Positions 1 to 13,047 of a stretch of 64,000 nt of DNA are shown piece by piece. How positions within the stretch are numbered: the stretch's first letter is position 1; each line of letters opens with the position of its first letter. The position numbers were made by a program, and so were the translations under genes. The DNA comes from Octopus sinensis (Eukaryota). A model generated the notes under the pieces. The model was not told the DNA's origin. It saw only the letters and a list, made by a program, of their open reading frames with translations, and made no database searches. Location: NCBI RefSeq assembly GCF_006345805.1, contig NC_043000.1, positions 40,300,001-40,364,000 on the forward strand, read 5' to 3'.

Positions 1-297
1 ATATATATATATATATAACATAAGTATGTATATATATATGCATGTATATTTATAAATGTATATATGTACACTCACGACTATATATATACATACATATACT
101 TATACACGCATACATATATAAATATATATCCACACATGCACACACCCACGCATGCAAAGACTAGACAAAAGAGAGCGAGTTTTTTCATTGCAATTCATAG
201 AAATCTTCTCCTTTCTTTTCTTTTCTTCTCTTTCTCCCCTTTCACTAAATATATATATAAGTATATATATGTATACATGTGTGTATATATATATATA

Positions 298-347
<50 letters not shown>

Positions 348-600
348 TATGTGTGTATGTATGTATGTATATATATATATATATATATACATGGGTATAT
401 ATATGTGCATATATGTGCATATATTCGTATATATATTTATATATATATATATGTATGTATGTATCTATATATATGTATACATATATATATATACACACAT
501 ATATATACATATATATATACATATACATATGTATAAATATATATATGTATGTATGTATATATATACATATAGATACTTACACACATGCATGCGTATTATG
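1..600. repeat. Compound (TA)n/(TG)n/(TATG)n microsatellite
   Basis: Directly visible dinucleotide and tetranucleotide runs; source of the Y/I/H-rich ORFs. Confidence 0.95.
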
Positions 601-924
601 TATGTATTATGCATTTATTTGTATAATGTCAACTTATCACAAATAGAGGAGTTATTCAACACAATAGGACATGAACTAAAGAATAGATTTGCGTCATGGA
701 TCTTCGTTGGAATTTGGACTGAGTTGACCTTCAGAACTGGGTTATAGGTCAGTTTGACACTGGGCTCGTCTCCAATGAACACAATTGCATTAAAGAAAGT
801 AATTCAATTTCTTCTACGTTATCGTCGTTGTCGTTGATGTGGCTGCTGTTGCTATCGCTTCTGTTGCATTCGCTGCCTCTCTTCCCCATTCTGTTCCTAC
901 TGATGCTGCTATTGTTGTTGTTAC

Positions 925-1008
925 CCAGTCAAAGCCAGGACCATACACGCTGACAAAGTTGGGGCTTTCATATTCAGGTGAATGGTTTTCTGGTTGCTCA
1001 ATATACAC
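925..1008 (-). CDS. Candidate isolated coding exon (VYIEQPENHSPEYESPNFVSVYGPGFDW), product unknown
   Basis: Minus strand: ttctttttgtag acceptor, 84 nt open phase 0-0 frame with non-repetitive composition, then gtaaca donor. No partner exon or family identified. Confidence 0.3.
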
Positions 1009-1149
1009 CTACAAAAAGAACCTTTGATCTTATAATCATGTATTTAACTTACTCTACGCTAAACCACAACTTTTTAAAATAAATTTTTATTTTTTGCTTT
1101 AAGTATTTTCTAGATCTTAATTTCTGCATGGAGATTATTTCAACGTGTA

Positions 1150-1914
1150 CTTGAAAATGTGTAGACTTCGCACACATACGTAAAATACATGTGTAAAGCA
1201 AAGAAAACTTCCAGTATTCTACATATCTATTCAACAAAGTATTCTAAGAGAGTAGAATGCTTTTAGTACAGTAGAAACAACAAAACGAACAAAATGCTCT
1301 CCATACATAAGGTGCATAGGGCTGAGCTCGATAGATCAGCGAAGGACTGTAATGATTTATATAAGTAATAGCCATCACGCACAACATTCTGGATCTTATA
1401 GACAGACCTGAAGTCTGTTTAGAAGTGCAAGTAAACAAGCTAATGATGGACAGGAGTTGGTAGGTGTCCGAAAGGATAAGGTCGAAGTAATAGATGCTGG
1501 AAGAGATGATACAGTTAGTCTGTCATTTTGACGGCTAGAAGCGTATGTACGAGGTGCAAAGAAAGAGAGAAAGAGAGAGAGAGAGAAAGAAAGTGTGTGT
1601 GTGTGGGGGGGGTGAAGACTAAAGGCACATCTGCTGTGTATTGGGATCCAGTTGATAGAATCAATGAGCTCATCGAAATAGTTGATGAGTCCAGGAAAGG
1701 CTTACAGTACCGATTTAAGGATTCGAGAAAGAAGCTTGAACATTATTTATAAAATTCTTTCTAAGTCAGAGACAATAGGTCTAGTCTCAAGTATGGCTTC
1801 AGGTTTGCGTGTCTTGATGCGTTGGTAGGTAGTAGTAAGGTTTGATCTTTCTTTTTGTTTCTAGTGATGAAGTCGGTTAGGTGTCTTCGGGGATTACAAG
1901 TTGTTGGCCTAGCT
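1150..1914 (-). pseudogene. Degenerate Penelope-like reverse transcriptase remnant
   Basis: Minus-strand translation with a frameshift gives PYYYLP/KTRKPEAILETRPIVS, resembling the PLE motif FYGLPKIHKP..P.RPIVS; further downstream LLNRYVEYW resembles W.RYVDD. Many stops. Confidence 0.55.
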
Positions 1915-2571
1915 CAGAGGTTCTCAAATTTTTGGGGCCAACGCCCTACTCATGACCACATAATACCCTCAGCACCCACCCCTATTTTTATGTATAAATA
2001 CAAATCTTATATTTTACTAATTTATATATACTATAAAGCGTGGTCGTTACCAGCCTCGCCTTACTGGCACGTGAAAAAATATTCGAGCGAGGTCATTGCC
2101 AGTGCTGTTGGACTGGTTCCTGTGCAGATGGCACGTAAAAATACCATTTGAGCGTGGCCGTTGCCAGTAACGCCAGACTGGCCCTCGTGCGGGGCACGTA
2201 AAAGCACCTACTACAGTTTCAGAGTGGTTGGCGTTAGGAAAGGCATTCAGCTGTAGAAACTCTGCCAGATGAGATTGGAGCCTGGTGCAGCCATCTGGTT
2301 CGCCAGTCCTCACTCAAATCATCCAACCCATGCCAGCATGGAAAGCGGACGCTAAACGATGATGATGATGATGATGATGAATCATTTGATATTTAATATA
2401 ATATATAATTTGTATACAATACTATAATAATATAAATTTATAAGCGTCCCCCAAACCACTGCTTTTCTCCCAATGTCCCCTTTTTCTCTACCACCCCCTT
2501 AGACACCAGCACACACCTGGACCATCTCAACGCCCTCCGTGGGGCGGTAGCGCCCACTTTGAGAACCTATG
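1915..2571. mobile_element. hAT-like MITE with a nested SINE
   Basis: 14 bp terminal inverted repeats CAGAGGTTCTCAAA (1915) and TTTGAGAACCTATG (ending 2571), one mismatch. Left flank GCCTAGCT has a CTAG core; a matching right TSD is not present. Confidence 0.55.
2038..2380 (+). mobile_element. SINE family C, 5'-truncated, RTE-type 3' end with (GAT)n tail
   Basis: Three internal GGCACGT(G/A)AAA subrepeats, then GGTTGGCGTTAGGAAAGGCATTCAGCTGTAGAAA...CCAACCCATGCCAGCATGGAAAGCGGACG and a (GAT)n tail, typical of RTE-mobilised SINE ends. Confidence 0.6.
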
Positions 2572-2720
2572 GCGGTCTCAAATGAGGTTTCCTGGATTGA
2601 TGTGACGGCTGGAGTAGAGTTCGTCTTTGGCAGTAGGTATGTAGAGTGTGTTGTTGATGGTAGGAAATTTGTTATCGGTATTGAACTGTGAAGAGAAATT
2701 TATTTAACCTCAATCTACCA
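2572..2720 (-). mobile_element. Penelope-like ORF upstream fragment
   Basis: About 80% similar by eye to 4160-4250; continues the PLE remnant on the other side of the hAT MITE. Confidence 0.45.
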
Positions 2721-2820
2721 CAATATAGTTTGTTCCAACAAAATATCCATGTTGAAGTGGGGATAAATATTAACTCTCGGTAGTAATACTGCTTCTTTCG
2801 CTAATATATATATTTTTAAC

Positions 2821-3537
2821 AAGCTAATTAGTCTATCGCAACACTAGTGCCTGTTCTGATACTGTCAGTCGAGAAATCGCTGGCGGGGAGATGAATCGCT
2901 GCTGTCTTTAACGGTCGTGTGTCCATCATTGACAAGACCAAACAAGGTCGAAATCAGGTGAACCAGTGATCTTGGCGCTGGAGATAGCGGGGATTTATCT
3001 TCCTGCTAGCGATATAAACTAGAGTGCATCTTACACCCAAAAACCAATGAAAGAGTTTTCTCATGGCAACTACTGCAGTAAAGTTTGTTCTTAGCAGAAC
3101 ATCCACGTTTAAGTGGGGATAAATATTACTTCTCGGTACTAATACTACTTCTGTTGCTAATATATATATTTTTAACAAGCTAATTAGTCTATCGCAACAC
3201 TAGTGCCTGTTCTGATACTGTCAGTCGAGAAATCGCTGGCGGGGAGATGAATCGCTGCTGTCTTTAACGGTCGTGTGTCCATCATTGACAAGACCAAACA
3301 AGGTCGAAATCAGGTGAACCAGTGATCTTGGCGCTGGAGATAGCGGGGATTTATCTTCCTGCTAGCGATATAAACTAGAGTGCATCTTACACCCAAAAAC
3401 CAATGAAAGAGTTTTCTCATGGCAACTACTGCAGTAAAGTTTGTTCTTAGCAGAACATCCACGTTTAAGTGGGGATAAATATTACTTCTCGGTACTAATA
3501 CTACTTCTGTTGCTAATATATATATTTTTAACAAGCT
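2821..3537 (+). repeat. Tandem duplication of a 356 bp unit (PLE pseudo-LTR-like), two apparently identical copies
   Basis: Unit starts AAGCTAATTAG at 2821 and 3177; ORFs at 2954 and 3310 are offset by 356. A diverged copy of the last ~95 bp lies at 2727-2820, and a diverged homologue at 48090-48345 (opposite strand). Confidence 0.95.
2923..2965 (+). ncRNA. Degenerate minimal type I hammerhead ribozyme motif (second copy at 3279-3321)
   Basis: TTGACAA-GACC-aaacaa-GGTC-GAAA-TC-aggt-GA-AC; stem II intact, core and U16.1 mutated. Confidence 0.45.
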
Positions 3538-3539
3538 GA

Positions 3540-3864
3540 GGTCAATGAAAAACTGATTGTCATTGAGGTGTCCAAGCACTGGATCATTGTAAGTGTCTTG
3601 GGTGAGGACAAAGACTTTTTTTACGTTTGCTGGAAGGTAATTCTTTTATTCTTTTATTCTTTTATTTGTTTCAATCATTTGACTGCGGCCATGCTGGAGC
3701 ACCATCTTTAGTCGAGCAAATCGACCCCAGGACTAATTCTTTGTGAGCCTAGAACTTATTCTATCGGTCTCTCTTGCCGAACTGCTAAGTGACGGGGACG
3801 TAACACACTAGCATCGGTTGTCAAGCGATGTTGGGGAGCAAAACACAGGCACACAAACATATGC

Positions 3865-3932
<68 letters not shown>

Positions 3933-4500
3933 CGACGGGCTTCTTTCAGCTTCCGTCTACCAATCCACTCACAAGGCTTTGGTCGGCCTGAGGCTATAGT
4001 AGAAGACACTTGTCCAAGGTGCCACACAGTGGGACTGAACCCGAGCTTTTCATTATTGAGTTTCTTTGTGAGGTGTTGGGATTTAGAATGGTTAGGGTAC
4101 GCTGCTGGTTGCTTCTGGAGAATGCTGAAGGTAGAAATTTTTAACTTAGCAAGTTTGAGATAGAGATCGTCTTTGACAGTTGGTGAGTAGAGTCGATGTG
4201 ATTGGTGGGAAATTTGTTAGCTGTATTGAACTGTGAACAGAAATTTATTTAAGCTGCTAAGCTGTTTTATAAAAATTGGTTTCAATAACAAGCTTCAACA
4301 TATGCCATTGATCACAATTAATTGGGAAGGAGGCGAGATGTTGTGTTCAAATTGTATACAGAAGAAACTTCTGCTTAGATCAGTGAAGAAGGGAGTTAAA
4401 GATGGTGACGGATTGTGCATCAGTGACATTGATGGTGGAGTAGATGGGATTAACAGAACTGATGTTCTGAGATAAATTAGTATGGTAGTGGGTTTTGGAC
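3540..4500 (-). mobile_element. Second Penelope-like ORF fragment (pre-RT region), interrupted by a SINE-A at 3641-4045
   Basis: 3540-3640 translates as KSLVLTQDTYNDPVLGHLNDNQFFIDL, like the PLE DKG..VV.D..Y...HL.D..Y..L segment; 4046-4500 is homologous to 2572-2720. Confidence 0.5.
3641..4045 (-). mobile_element. SINE family A (5' end clipped)
   Basis: Reverse complement aligns with 7470-7868; long internal (TA)n; (TAAAAGAA)n-like tail. Confidence 0.9.
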
Positions 4501-4682
4501 ATCGCAACAACGTTGCATGTAAGTCTCACTCACTCATGTATATACCACACACACACACACAAACACACACACATACACACATACATACACATGCATATAT
4601 ACACAATAATATACATTCACGTGTATAGATACATACATACCACATGTATATTTATGTATGTATGTATATTTATGTATGTATG

Positions 4683-4715
<33 letters not shown>

Positions 4716-5499
4716 CTGTATGTATCTGTATATATATATATGTGTGTGTGTGTGGGTGTGTGTATGTATGTATGTATGTATGTATCTGTATTTGTATATA
4801 TATATACATTTGAATATATGCATGTGTGTGTGTGTCTGCGTGTGTCTATGAGCAAGTGTACATATACATTCACACAAACACACACACACACAGATGTTTG
4901 TATGTACGCACTGGGTATATATATATGCGTGGGCAGGTGGGTGTAGGATTTCGATTGTGTATGTGTGTGTTTACAGCCTCCATCAGCGTATTATTGTACG
5001 TTGTAAATTAGATGATGTCCCTGCTAATGCTCCTATTTTAAAAAAAATACCCTTCTCCACACACCCCACTCCATCCCACACCCCACAACGCATTTGTCAT
5101 TTTAATCCACAAAATCCAATCACATCCACACTCACACCCATACCCACACCATTCAATTTTGGAGGGTTTTTTTTTTGCTCTTTATGCATGATCATCAGGG
5201 ATCACCTGTTCGCTCGCACGATCCACCCGACCCCAACCCTATAGCAGCGCATCACCTCGCAGTGCCACTCCAACCTTATTTCTCATGCACCTTTCTTTCC
5301 AAAACGTGCACACGCACACTGCACACATATTACGTACACACACAACTCATACAACAGCAACAACACAACAACAACAGCTTGCTTTATTTACCTACAGGCT
5401 ATTTGCATTAAACTCTGACTGGTTCATTTTCTGTTTTATCCATATTTAAGTAGTTGTTCTTGGTGGTAGAGTGTAATGGCGATGTACCTGTGCATGAAT

Positions 5500-5541
5500 G
5501 GTGCAGTAGGGAAAAAGATTGAAAGTTGAAGCCACCACCTC

Positions 5542-5584
<43 letters not shown>

Positions 5585-5587
5585 TAC

Positions 5588-5625
<38 letters not shown>

Positions 5626-5695
5626 ATTATTATTATCATTATTATTATATTTATTATATTATTATTATTATTATTTATTATTATTATTATTATTA

Positions 5696-5731
<36 letters not shown>

Positions 5732-5825
5732 GTTATTGTTATTGCTGTTGTTGTTGTTATTGTTGTTGTTGGTGCAGCAGGGAAAAAAGATTGAAAGTTG
5801 AAGCCACCACCATTCATTATTATTA

Positions 5826-5884
<59 letters not shown>

Positions 5885-5900
5885 GTTATTGTTATTGTTG
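5500..5900. repeat. (ATT)n/(GTT)n tract containing a duplicated ~45 bp unit
   Basis: GGTGCAG(T/C)AGGGAAAAAGATTGAAAGTTGAAGCCACCACC at ~5500 and ~5771, each followed by (ATT)n. Confidence 0.9.
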
Positions 5901-6327
5901 TTTGTTCATTCTTTGATTTCTAATGGATATACCATTATTGCGTTAATATATATAAAATTGTATATATGTTGTATAATTTGTATATTACTGAATTAATATA
6001 TATTTATATATATGGATGCATTATTTATAGATATAATTGCATATGTATTTCTGTATATGCGTGCGTGGTGTGCGTGCGTGGTGTATGTGTGTGTGTGTGT
6101 GTGTGTGCGCGCGCGCGTGCGCGCGTTTGTGTGTGTGTACGCGTGTGTAAATACACAAAAATAAACAATGTGCAAAATATATTATAGAAATATATTATGG
6201 AAATAGAAGTAATACCCTTAAATTCTAGAGACATTTGAACTGGTGGTTGCAGGCGAACACTGTTGTGTAAATTGAAGGTATACGCAAATATATATACACA
6301 CATATACATACATGTATATAATATATT

Positions 6328-6358
<31 letters not shown>

Positions 6359-6622
6359 CTATAATATATATATATATATATATAATATATATATATATAT
6401 AAACACACACATGGCTGAAACATTCTAAAGAAATACATCGAAGACACGCCCCTTTCTATGACTCATCATTCTGTCTGGGCGGTGATCCATTCCAGAACCG
6501 AAGTTGCACCCTGTTTTGTGCTTGAGTGCACCTGCACACATATGCATTGCAAGCAAATATATACAATTCTGTATGCGACTGAATCCTTGTATCTTTGCGC
6601 ATATATATTTATATACAAGTAT

Positions 6623-6667
<45 letters not shown>

Positions 6668-6694
6668 CATACGTGTATATATATATATATGTAT

Positions 6695-6874
6695 GCATAA
6701 TATATATATGTGTGTATATATACGTGTATATACACATAAATGTACCAATATATATATATATATGCACACATACATATATGCATACATACATACACGCATA
6801 GAAACAACTCGATCTGTGTATGCATAATATATATATGTGTGTATATATACGTGTATATACACATAAATGTACCA

Positions 6875-6907
<33 letters not shown>

Positions 6908-6958
6908 TACATATATGCGTACATACATACACGCATAGAAACAACTCGATCTGTGTGT
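6695..6958. repeat. Tandem duplication of a ~125-135 bp microsatellite-rich unit
   Basis: CACATAAATGTACCAATATA...CACGCATAGAAACAACTCGATCTGTGT occurs twice. Confidence 0.85.
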
Positions 6959-7272
6959 GTTTGTATGCATTTATGTATGAATGCACATGTGTATATAGAT
7001 ATCTACACACAACCATGTACACTTATACACAAACATGTTCATATGCTTATTAGGTTGGATAACATAAACAGGATATATAGAACTGAAAACATGTGTATAT
7101 ATATCATTTTATATCGCCAGAAGTTACAACACCTTGCTTTCGTGCATGTAACACATGAAAATATTTTATGCATGCATACACATCTATATATAAATGTGTG
7201 TGTGACCTCGTGTGTACCGTTGGCGATTTTTTTCCCTTTGTCTTCCATTCTCTGGATCTTTCCTTCTCCTAT

Positions 7273-7307
7273 GTTTCCGACGAAGAGCTCCGCTCGAAAC
7301 GTTAAAC
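7273..7307 (+). ncRNA. Minimal type I hammerhead motif (PLE type) in a pseudo-LTR-like segment (~7230-7410)
   Basis: GTTT-CCGACGA-A-GAGC-tcc-GCTC-GAAA-C-GT-T-AAAC: stem I 4 bp, stem II 4 bp, palindromic ACGT stem III; U4 changed to C. Confidence 0.65.
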
Positions 7308-7469
7308 CCTCCTTCTTTCCATCTTTCCTGGGCGTCCAATAACACTATATTTGTTCCACGTCCTTGCGTTGTTGTGTTTTTTTGTGCTTTCCTTGTTTGG
7401 ATTAACTATATATATATATATATATATACATATATATATTATATTATATATATAATATATATATATATA

Positions 7470-7868
7470 GGCGTAGGAGTGGCTGTGTGGTAAGTAGCTT
7501 GCTTACCAACCACATGGTTCAGGGTTCAGTCCCACTGCGTGGCGTCTTGGGCAAGTGTCTTCTACTATAGCCTCGGGCTGACCAAAGCCTTGTGAGTGGA
7601 TTTGGTAGACGGAAACTGAAAGAAGCCCGTCGTATATATGTATATATATATGCATGTGTGTGTGTCTGTGTTTGTCCCACTAGTTTTGCTTGACAACCGA
7701 TGCTGGTGTGTTTATGTCCTCCGTAACTTAGCGGTTCGGCAAAAGAGAGACCGATAGAATAAGTACTAGGCTTACAAAGAATAAGTCCTGGGGTCCATTT
7801 GCTCGACTAAAAGCGGTGCTGCAGCATGGCCGCAGTCAAATGACTGAAACAAGTAAAAGAGTAAAAGA
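7470..7868 (+). mobile_element. SINE family A, full length, tRNA-like head
   Basis: A-box-like TGGCTGTGTGG, B-box-like GGTTCAGTCCC, internal (TA)n(TG)n, 3' AAGTAAAAGAGTAAAAGA; ten homologues in the window; flanked by (TA)n. Confidence 0.92.
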
Positions 7869-7920
7869 TATATATATATATGTACATATATAGTTAATCC
7901 AAACATAATATATGCGCCCT

Positions 7921-8316
<396 letters not shown>

Positions 8317-8334
8317 AATAAATGGTGGGGTTGT

Positions 8335-8810
8335 GTTGACCGCACGTGGAAAATGATAAGCAAGGAAAAATTGTAAAAATGCAGAATGCTAAATGAAAGA
8401 AAATTTTAATGAAATGAGAAATTGATAAAATATATAAATATATTTATTCAAATCGGTTTTCGTCATAGTGTGACTCATCAAGAATAGTTAGGTAAAAAAG
8501 TTTTTGAAAAATGAGAAGGGGAAAAAAGTTTGCATTGTTTTTTGCAAAAGAATAATAATAATATGTATAAAAATTAAAAAATAAGTACTCTCCGATACAT
8601 TGTGGGTTCGTGTGTATCTTGAGTTTAATGATTGTTCATGAAAAAATTACCTTGAGGTATTAGGATCCAATGGGTTAAGACCATGTGTTGTTTGGTTTAA
8701 TTTAGGATGTTGGCAAAACAGGAAGTAGTAGTAATTGTTGGTCCTTCAGTTCCTGTGTTGTGATAAGGGAGACAACTCTTTTGAGTTCTTCAATAAAGGC
8801 TGCTGATAAC
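8335..8810 (-). mobile_element. Penelope-like 3' end / pseudo-LTR
   Basis: Minus-strand FCQHPKLNQTTHGLN resembles the PLE endonuclease C-terminus (HGLN also at ~46110), followed by a hammerhead motif. Confidence 0.5.
8445..8486 (-). ncRNA. Minimal type I hammerhead ribozyme motif, C3U core variant
   Basis: Reverse complement TATTC-TTGATGA-GTCA-cacta-TGAC-GAAA-A-ccga-T-T-T-GAATA: stem I 5 bp and stem II 4 bp both perfect. Confidence 0.72.
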
Positions 8811-9128
8811 CCCAAATTATAAAATTATCATTTTAGCTTCATTTGTATTATCTTTTTTATATAATTGTTTGTTAACTTAACTTTCAGATTTTAACACTTT
8901 ATTTATATTATTTTCTAATTATATAAATTTGCATAGACAATTACATTTCAGATTGTTATATCATATATAATAAAAATGATAGTAATAAGAACAATAGTAA
9001 AAATGATATTTAAAGAATATAAGTTTTAGCTTGAAGTGATGAATGCATGGTATCCTTATATATTTGTGTTAGTCCATCCATGAAGAATGAGGTAGAAAAG
9101 GAAGTTTGATCAACGAGGAGTTTGCATA

Positions 9129-9565
9129 TTAAGTGTTGTGTTGGAATTTTTCAATAAAGAGATTCTCCTTGTTAATTCTCTCCTGTGTGGTGATCCCGTC
9201 CTTACATTGGTAGAAAGGGAATATATAGAATTTGGGGTTTAAGTCTTTAGCGCATGAGACTATGTGGTCACTCAGTGGAATTTGTCGGTATTCCAGGAGA
9301 TTTATTTGTTCTTTATGCACCGTACTCGTTTACGTAACGGGAGACTCGTTGTCCAAACATAATTATGTTGGCAACCAGCGCATGTGAGAACGTAGATAAG
9401 GTTCTCGGAGGAACCGGAGAAGTTAGTCTTGATTTTAAACTTGTACCTTGTTGAAGGTAAATTCGAGCCTTCAAGTAGGAAGGGGCAGGTGCCACAGTTT
9501 GGGCGTGCACATTTTTTTACTGCTGGGGGTGGATGTGGTGTGTGAAAAGTTTGGGCATTTGTCAC
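9129..9565 (-). pseudogene. Penelope-like GIY-YIG endonuclease remnant
   Basis: CARPNCGTCPF...FSGSSENLIYVLTCAGCQHNYV/TSLPLRKRVR/HKEQINLLEY...DHIVSCAK...KENLFIEKF spread across frameshifted ORFs. Confidence 0.85.
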
Positions 9566-10224
9566 GAGTTTTTTTAAAGATTTATATATATATTATTATA
9601 TATATATATATATTAATATATATAGAGAGAGAGAGAGAGAGAGGGAGAGAGAGGTCTGTGTGCGCATGTGTGTGGTTGTGGTTGTACGTGGGTATATATT
9701 TGTGTATGTATATAAAATATGAGACGCAGAAAACGTAATTTGAACGTTTATATAACATGTAAATTTCCGTAAGCCGAACGCCTTTGTGTAAGCCGGTTAG
9801 GTTTTCGGTAGTTTCGGTGTTTCGCTAACCTAACCAACGAAATTATGGTTACTTCCAGACCTTGTGGAATATTGGCGTGGAGTTTGGAACTTTCTACAGA
9901 GCCAATTCTTTTGGTAACTTGCAGTACCTTTCCGCGCACTTCCAAATTACATCTACGCGTGCGCTCATACTCTTTATACTAAAATCAGAATCTCTATGCT
10001 GGTGTATGTATGGGTTTAAATGTGTGCATGCATGGATATGTGTATATGTGCGACTATGTATATATGCGTGTGTGCGTGTGTTTGTGAGTGTGTGTGTGTG
10101 AGTGTATGTGAGAGAGAAGAGATAGATAGATATAGGGAAAGTTTACGAAAAAAACAAAAGACGAAGACAGGTGGTGTACAAAACAAACAGATGTATTAGT
10201 ATAACGCTCAGGAATAGAAAAAGT

Positions 10225-10260
10225 CTTTTACGTTTCGAGCCTACGCTCTTCTACAGAAAG
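10225..10260 (-). ncRNA. Minimal type I hammerhead motif, A6U variant, in a pseudo-LTR-like repeat (~10133-10340)
   Basis: Reverse complement CTTT-CTGTAGA-A-GAGC-gtag-GCTC-GAAA-C-GT-A-AAAG; all stems pair. Confidence 0.72.
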
Positions 10261-11169
10261 GTACACAAAAAAAAACAAGGAGAGAAACAAGGAGAGAAAA
10301 AAAGGAGAGAAAAAAGAGAGAAAAAAAGGAGAGGAAAAAATGTGTAGGTATAATTTGTTACCGTATATATGTGCGTACATACTTATGTCTATATTCACGC
10401 ACATATATGTATATACATTTATACATATATCAGTATTTCTATGCATGTGTTCAAATATGAGTAAGCTATACACATACACATATATAGTCTCACACACACA
10501 CACACACACACACACACCACAGGCATATATATATATATATATATAGTACATATATACACGTAGTTAAAGGAATGCATTGCAAATACTTTCTCTGTGTAGC
10601 TGTATCTCCCTCCCTTTCCCCCTCACGGTATATTTGCGTGTGTTTGCACTTATCACGCACATATCACAAAACATGTGTGTGTAAATATACAAAATATATA
10701 CACAGATATATATATATACATGCATACATATATATATATATAAATTTATATACATATATACATACATACATATATATATATAATGGTGTGTGTGTGTGTG
10801 TGTGTGTGTGTATGCGTGTGTTTTTCCTGTGAGTAAGCTTGTGCGTGTGTAAATGTGTTTGTGTGCATCTGTACATGTACGTGTGCATGCAATGAAACGA
10901 GTTCACTAATGCATGTGTCCTCATAGTCTTGCAACAACGCGTGAATGCGCTGATGAGCAGACCAGCATTCGCATGTATGCATTGCACTTTGTTCGTTGAG
11001 GTTGATGTGCGTGTGAGCATGAACGTGTATGTGTGTGTCGCTGTGTATATATACGAATGCATGTTTTAAAGTTTGGGTGCAGATTGTGAGTGCCCTTGTG
11101 CATCAGTGCAGATAAGTGCGCATGCCTACTCGATCTCGGAAACTGTAGACAGAACAAATATAAACAACT

Positions 11170-12240
11170 TTGTGAATGGTATGACTGCGATAGCGGTGGG
11201 AGTAGTGGTGGTGCTATAATTGGTGGTGTTGGTGGTCGTAGATGTGGTGGTTGTAGTGGTATGTTTTTGTATGGTTTTGGTGGTAGTAGTTATATTAATG
11301 TGTTGTTATTGGTTGCAGTGGTGATGGTGGTGGTGGTGGTAGAAGTAGCAGTAGTTGTCATTGGTTATAAAGATGTTGATGTGGAAATGGTGATGGTGTT
11401 AATGGTAGTCTATGAGAAGTGGTAATAACATTACTGGCGGTAGTAGAAGGTTTGTGTTAGTGGTATTGGTATGGCAGTAGTAGTAGTAGTAGTAGTAGTA
11501 GGGGGCGTAGCAGCGGTTGTAGTAGTAGTAGTGGCGGCAGCAGCAGCAGTAGTAGTAATAGTAGCAGTAGTAATAATAGTAGTAGTAGTTGTTGTAGAAG
11601 TAGCAACAACAGTAGTAGCAGCGGCAGCAGCGGTAGCGGCAGCAGCAGCAGCAGCAGTAGTAGTAATAGTTATAGGAGGTATGCTGTGAGAGAATATGAC
11701 AATGCTTGTAATAATTGTATAGGTTGGTTGCTGTGGTAGGTTCAGTGGAAATGATGCTGTTTAGAACCCTGAACAAACAGGTGATAGTGGTGCTGGTGGT
11801 GGTGCTGTTGCTGCTTGTGGTGCTGGTGCTGCTGGTGCGCTGCTGCTGTTGCTGGTGCTGGTAGCTATTTTAGTCTATGTGGTTTTTCAGTAGTGTTACA
11901 GTTGTGGTGATGGTGGTTGTGTTCAGTGGTAGTGATTTTTATAGAAATGATGTTTTACCATGTGGTTGTGGTGATGGTGGTGGTAGTAGAGGTGGTGACG
12001 GCGATGGCAGTTTTAATTGCAGAGACATACACGCATAGAATTTTGTCACAACGCATTTTTGTCCGGAATCTAAATCAATGTAAAAATACATCATAATCAT
12101 CATCATCATTATTACCTTCATAATTATCATCACCATTATTATTATTATAATCATCGCCACCTTCTTCATTAACAGCAGAAGAAGTAGCAACAGAACAGCA
12201 TCATGATGATGATGACGATGATGATGATTACATCATCATT
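11170..12240. repeat. Degenerate trinucleotide low-complexity region (GGT/GTA/GCA/CAT)
   Basis: Directly visible; gives poly-V/A/Y/C ORFs. Confidence 0.9.
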
Positions 12241-12665
12241 ATCTTCATGCTACATTATCGTTGCATTTTCGTTGACGTTGTTGACTTCGGCGCTGACAAC
12301 TCGCCAACCAATGTATGGATCTCTATGTATTTGCCGAGCCTGCTGAAAATAAGTTCCACCTTTCCTTCAAACATTCCCACTGTTTTAACACTAAAAGTAC
12401 TGACGTAGGGGAGGGAGTATTTTTTGCCCTATTTCAATTTTGATCCGTTTCGATATTTTCTATTACCCGAAGAACATAAACGTTGACACACTGAGCTTTG
12501 ATGAATTCTCATTCATTTCAGTTAAGCTAAATTTCATTACTGATGCTTTTTGTAAATTTCCTCTAAATATACAAACCTACTAAGGAGGTCCATGTGTAAT
12601 AAATCACCTACAATGTCGATGCTTGTGTGGAGACTTACATAATATTATGTAGCATGAGCTACCCT

Positions 12666-12830
12666 GAGGCGTCGAACTGGCAGAAACGTTCGTAAGCCGG
12701 ACAACACTGCTGCTAGGCATTGTTCTCCAATGCTATTAAGCATTTCTTCTGGCTTTACATTCTGAGTTTTAATTCTGCTGAGGTCGACTTAGCCTTTAAT
12801 CTCTTTGGAGTCGATAAAATATGTATTGAT
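12666..12830 (+). mobile_element. SINE family B, degenerate
   Basis: GGCGTCGAACTGGCAGAAACGTT...TTCTGAGTTTTAATTCTGCTGAGGTCGACTTAGCCTTT aligns with 13342-13580. Confidence 0.7.
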
Positions 12831-12851
12831 TGGCGTTGGCAAAATCGACTA

Positions 12852-13013
12852 GCCGCGGGAGTGGCTGTGTAGTAAATAGCTTGCTTACGAACCACATGGT
12901 TCCGGGTCCAGTTCCACTGCGTAGCACCTTGGGCAAGTATCTTCTACTATAGCCTCGGGCCGACCAAAGCATTGTGAGTGGATTTGGTAGACGGAAACTG
13001 AAAGAAGCCCGTC

Positions 13014-13047
<34 letters not shown>

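Noticed and set aside
2821-3537. CRISPR-like or prokaryotic repeat-spacer array
   Set aside because: Units are 356 bp exact duplicates without unique spacers; no cas genes; the context is eukaryotic.
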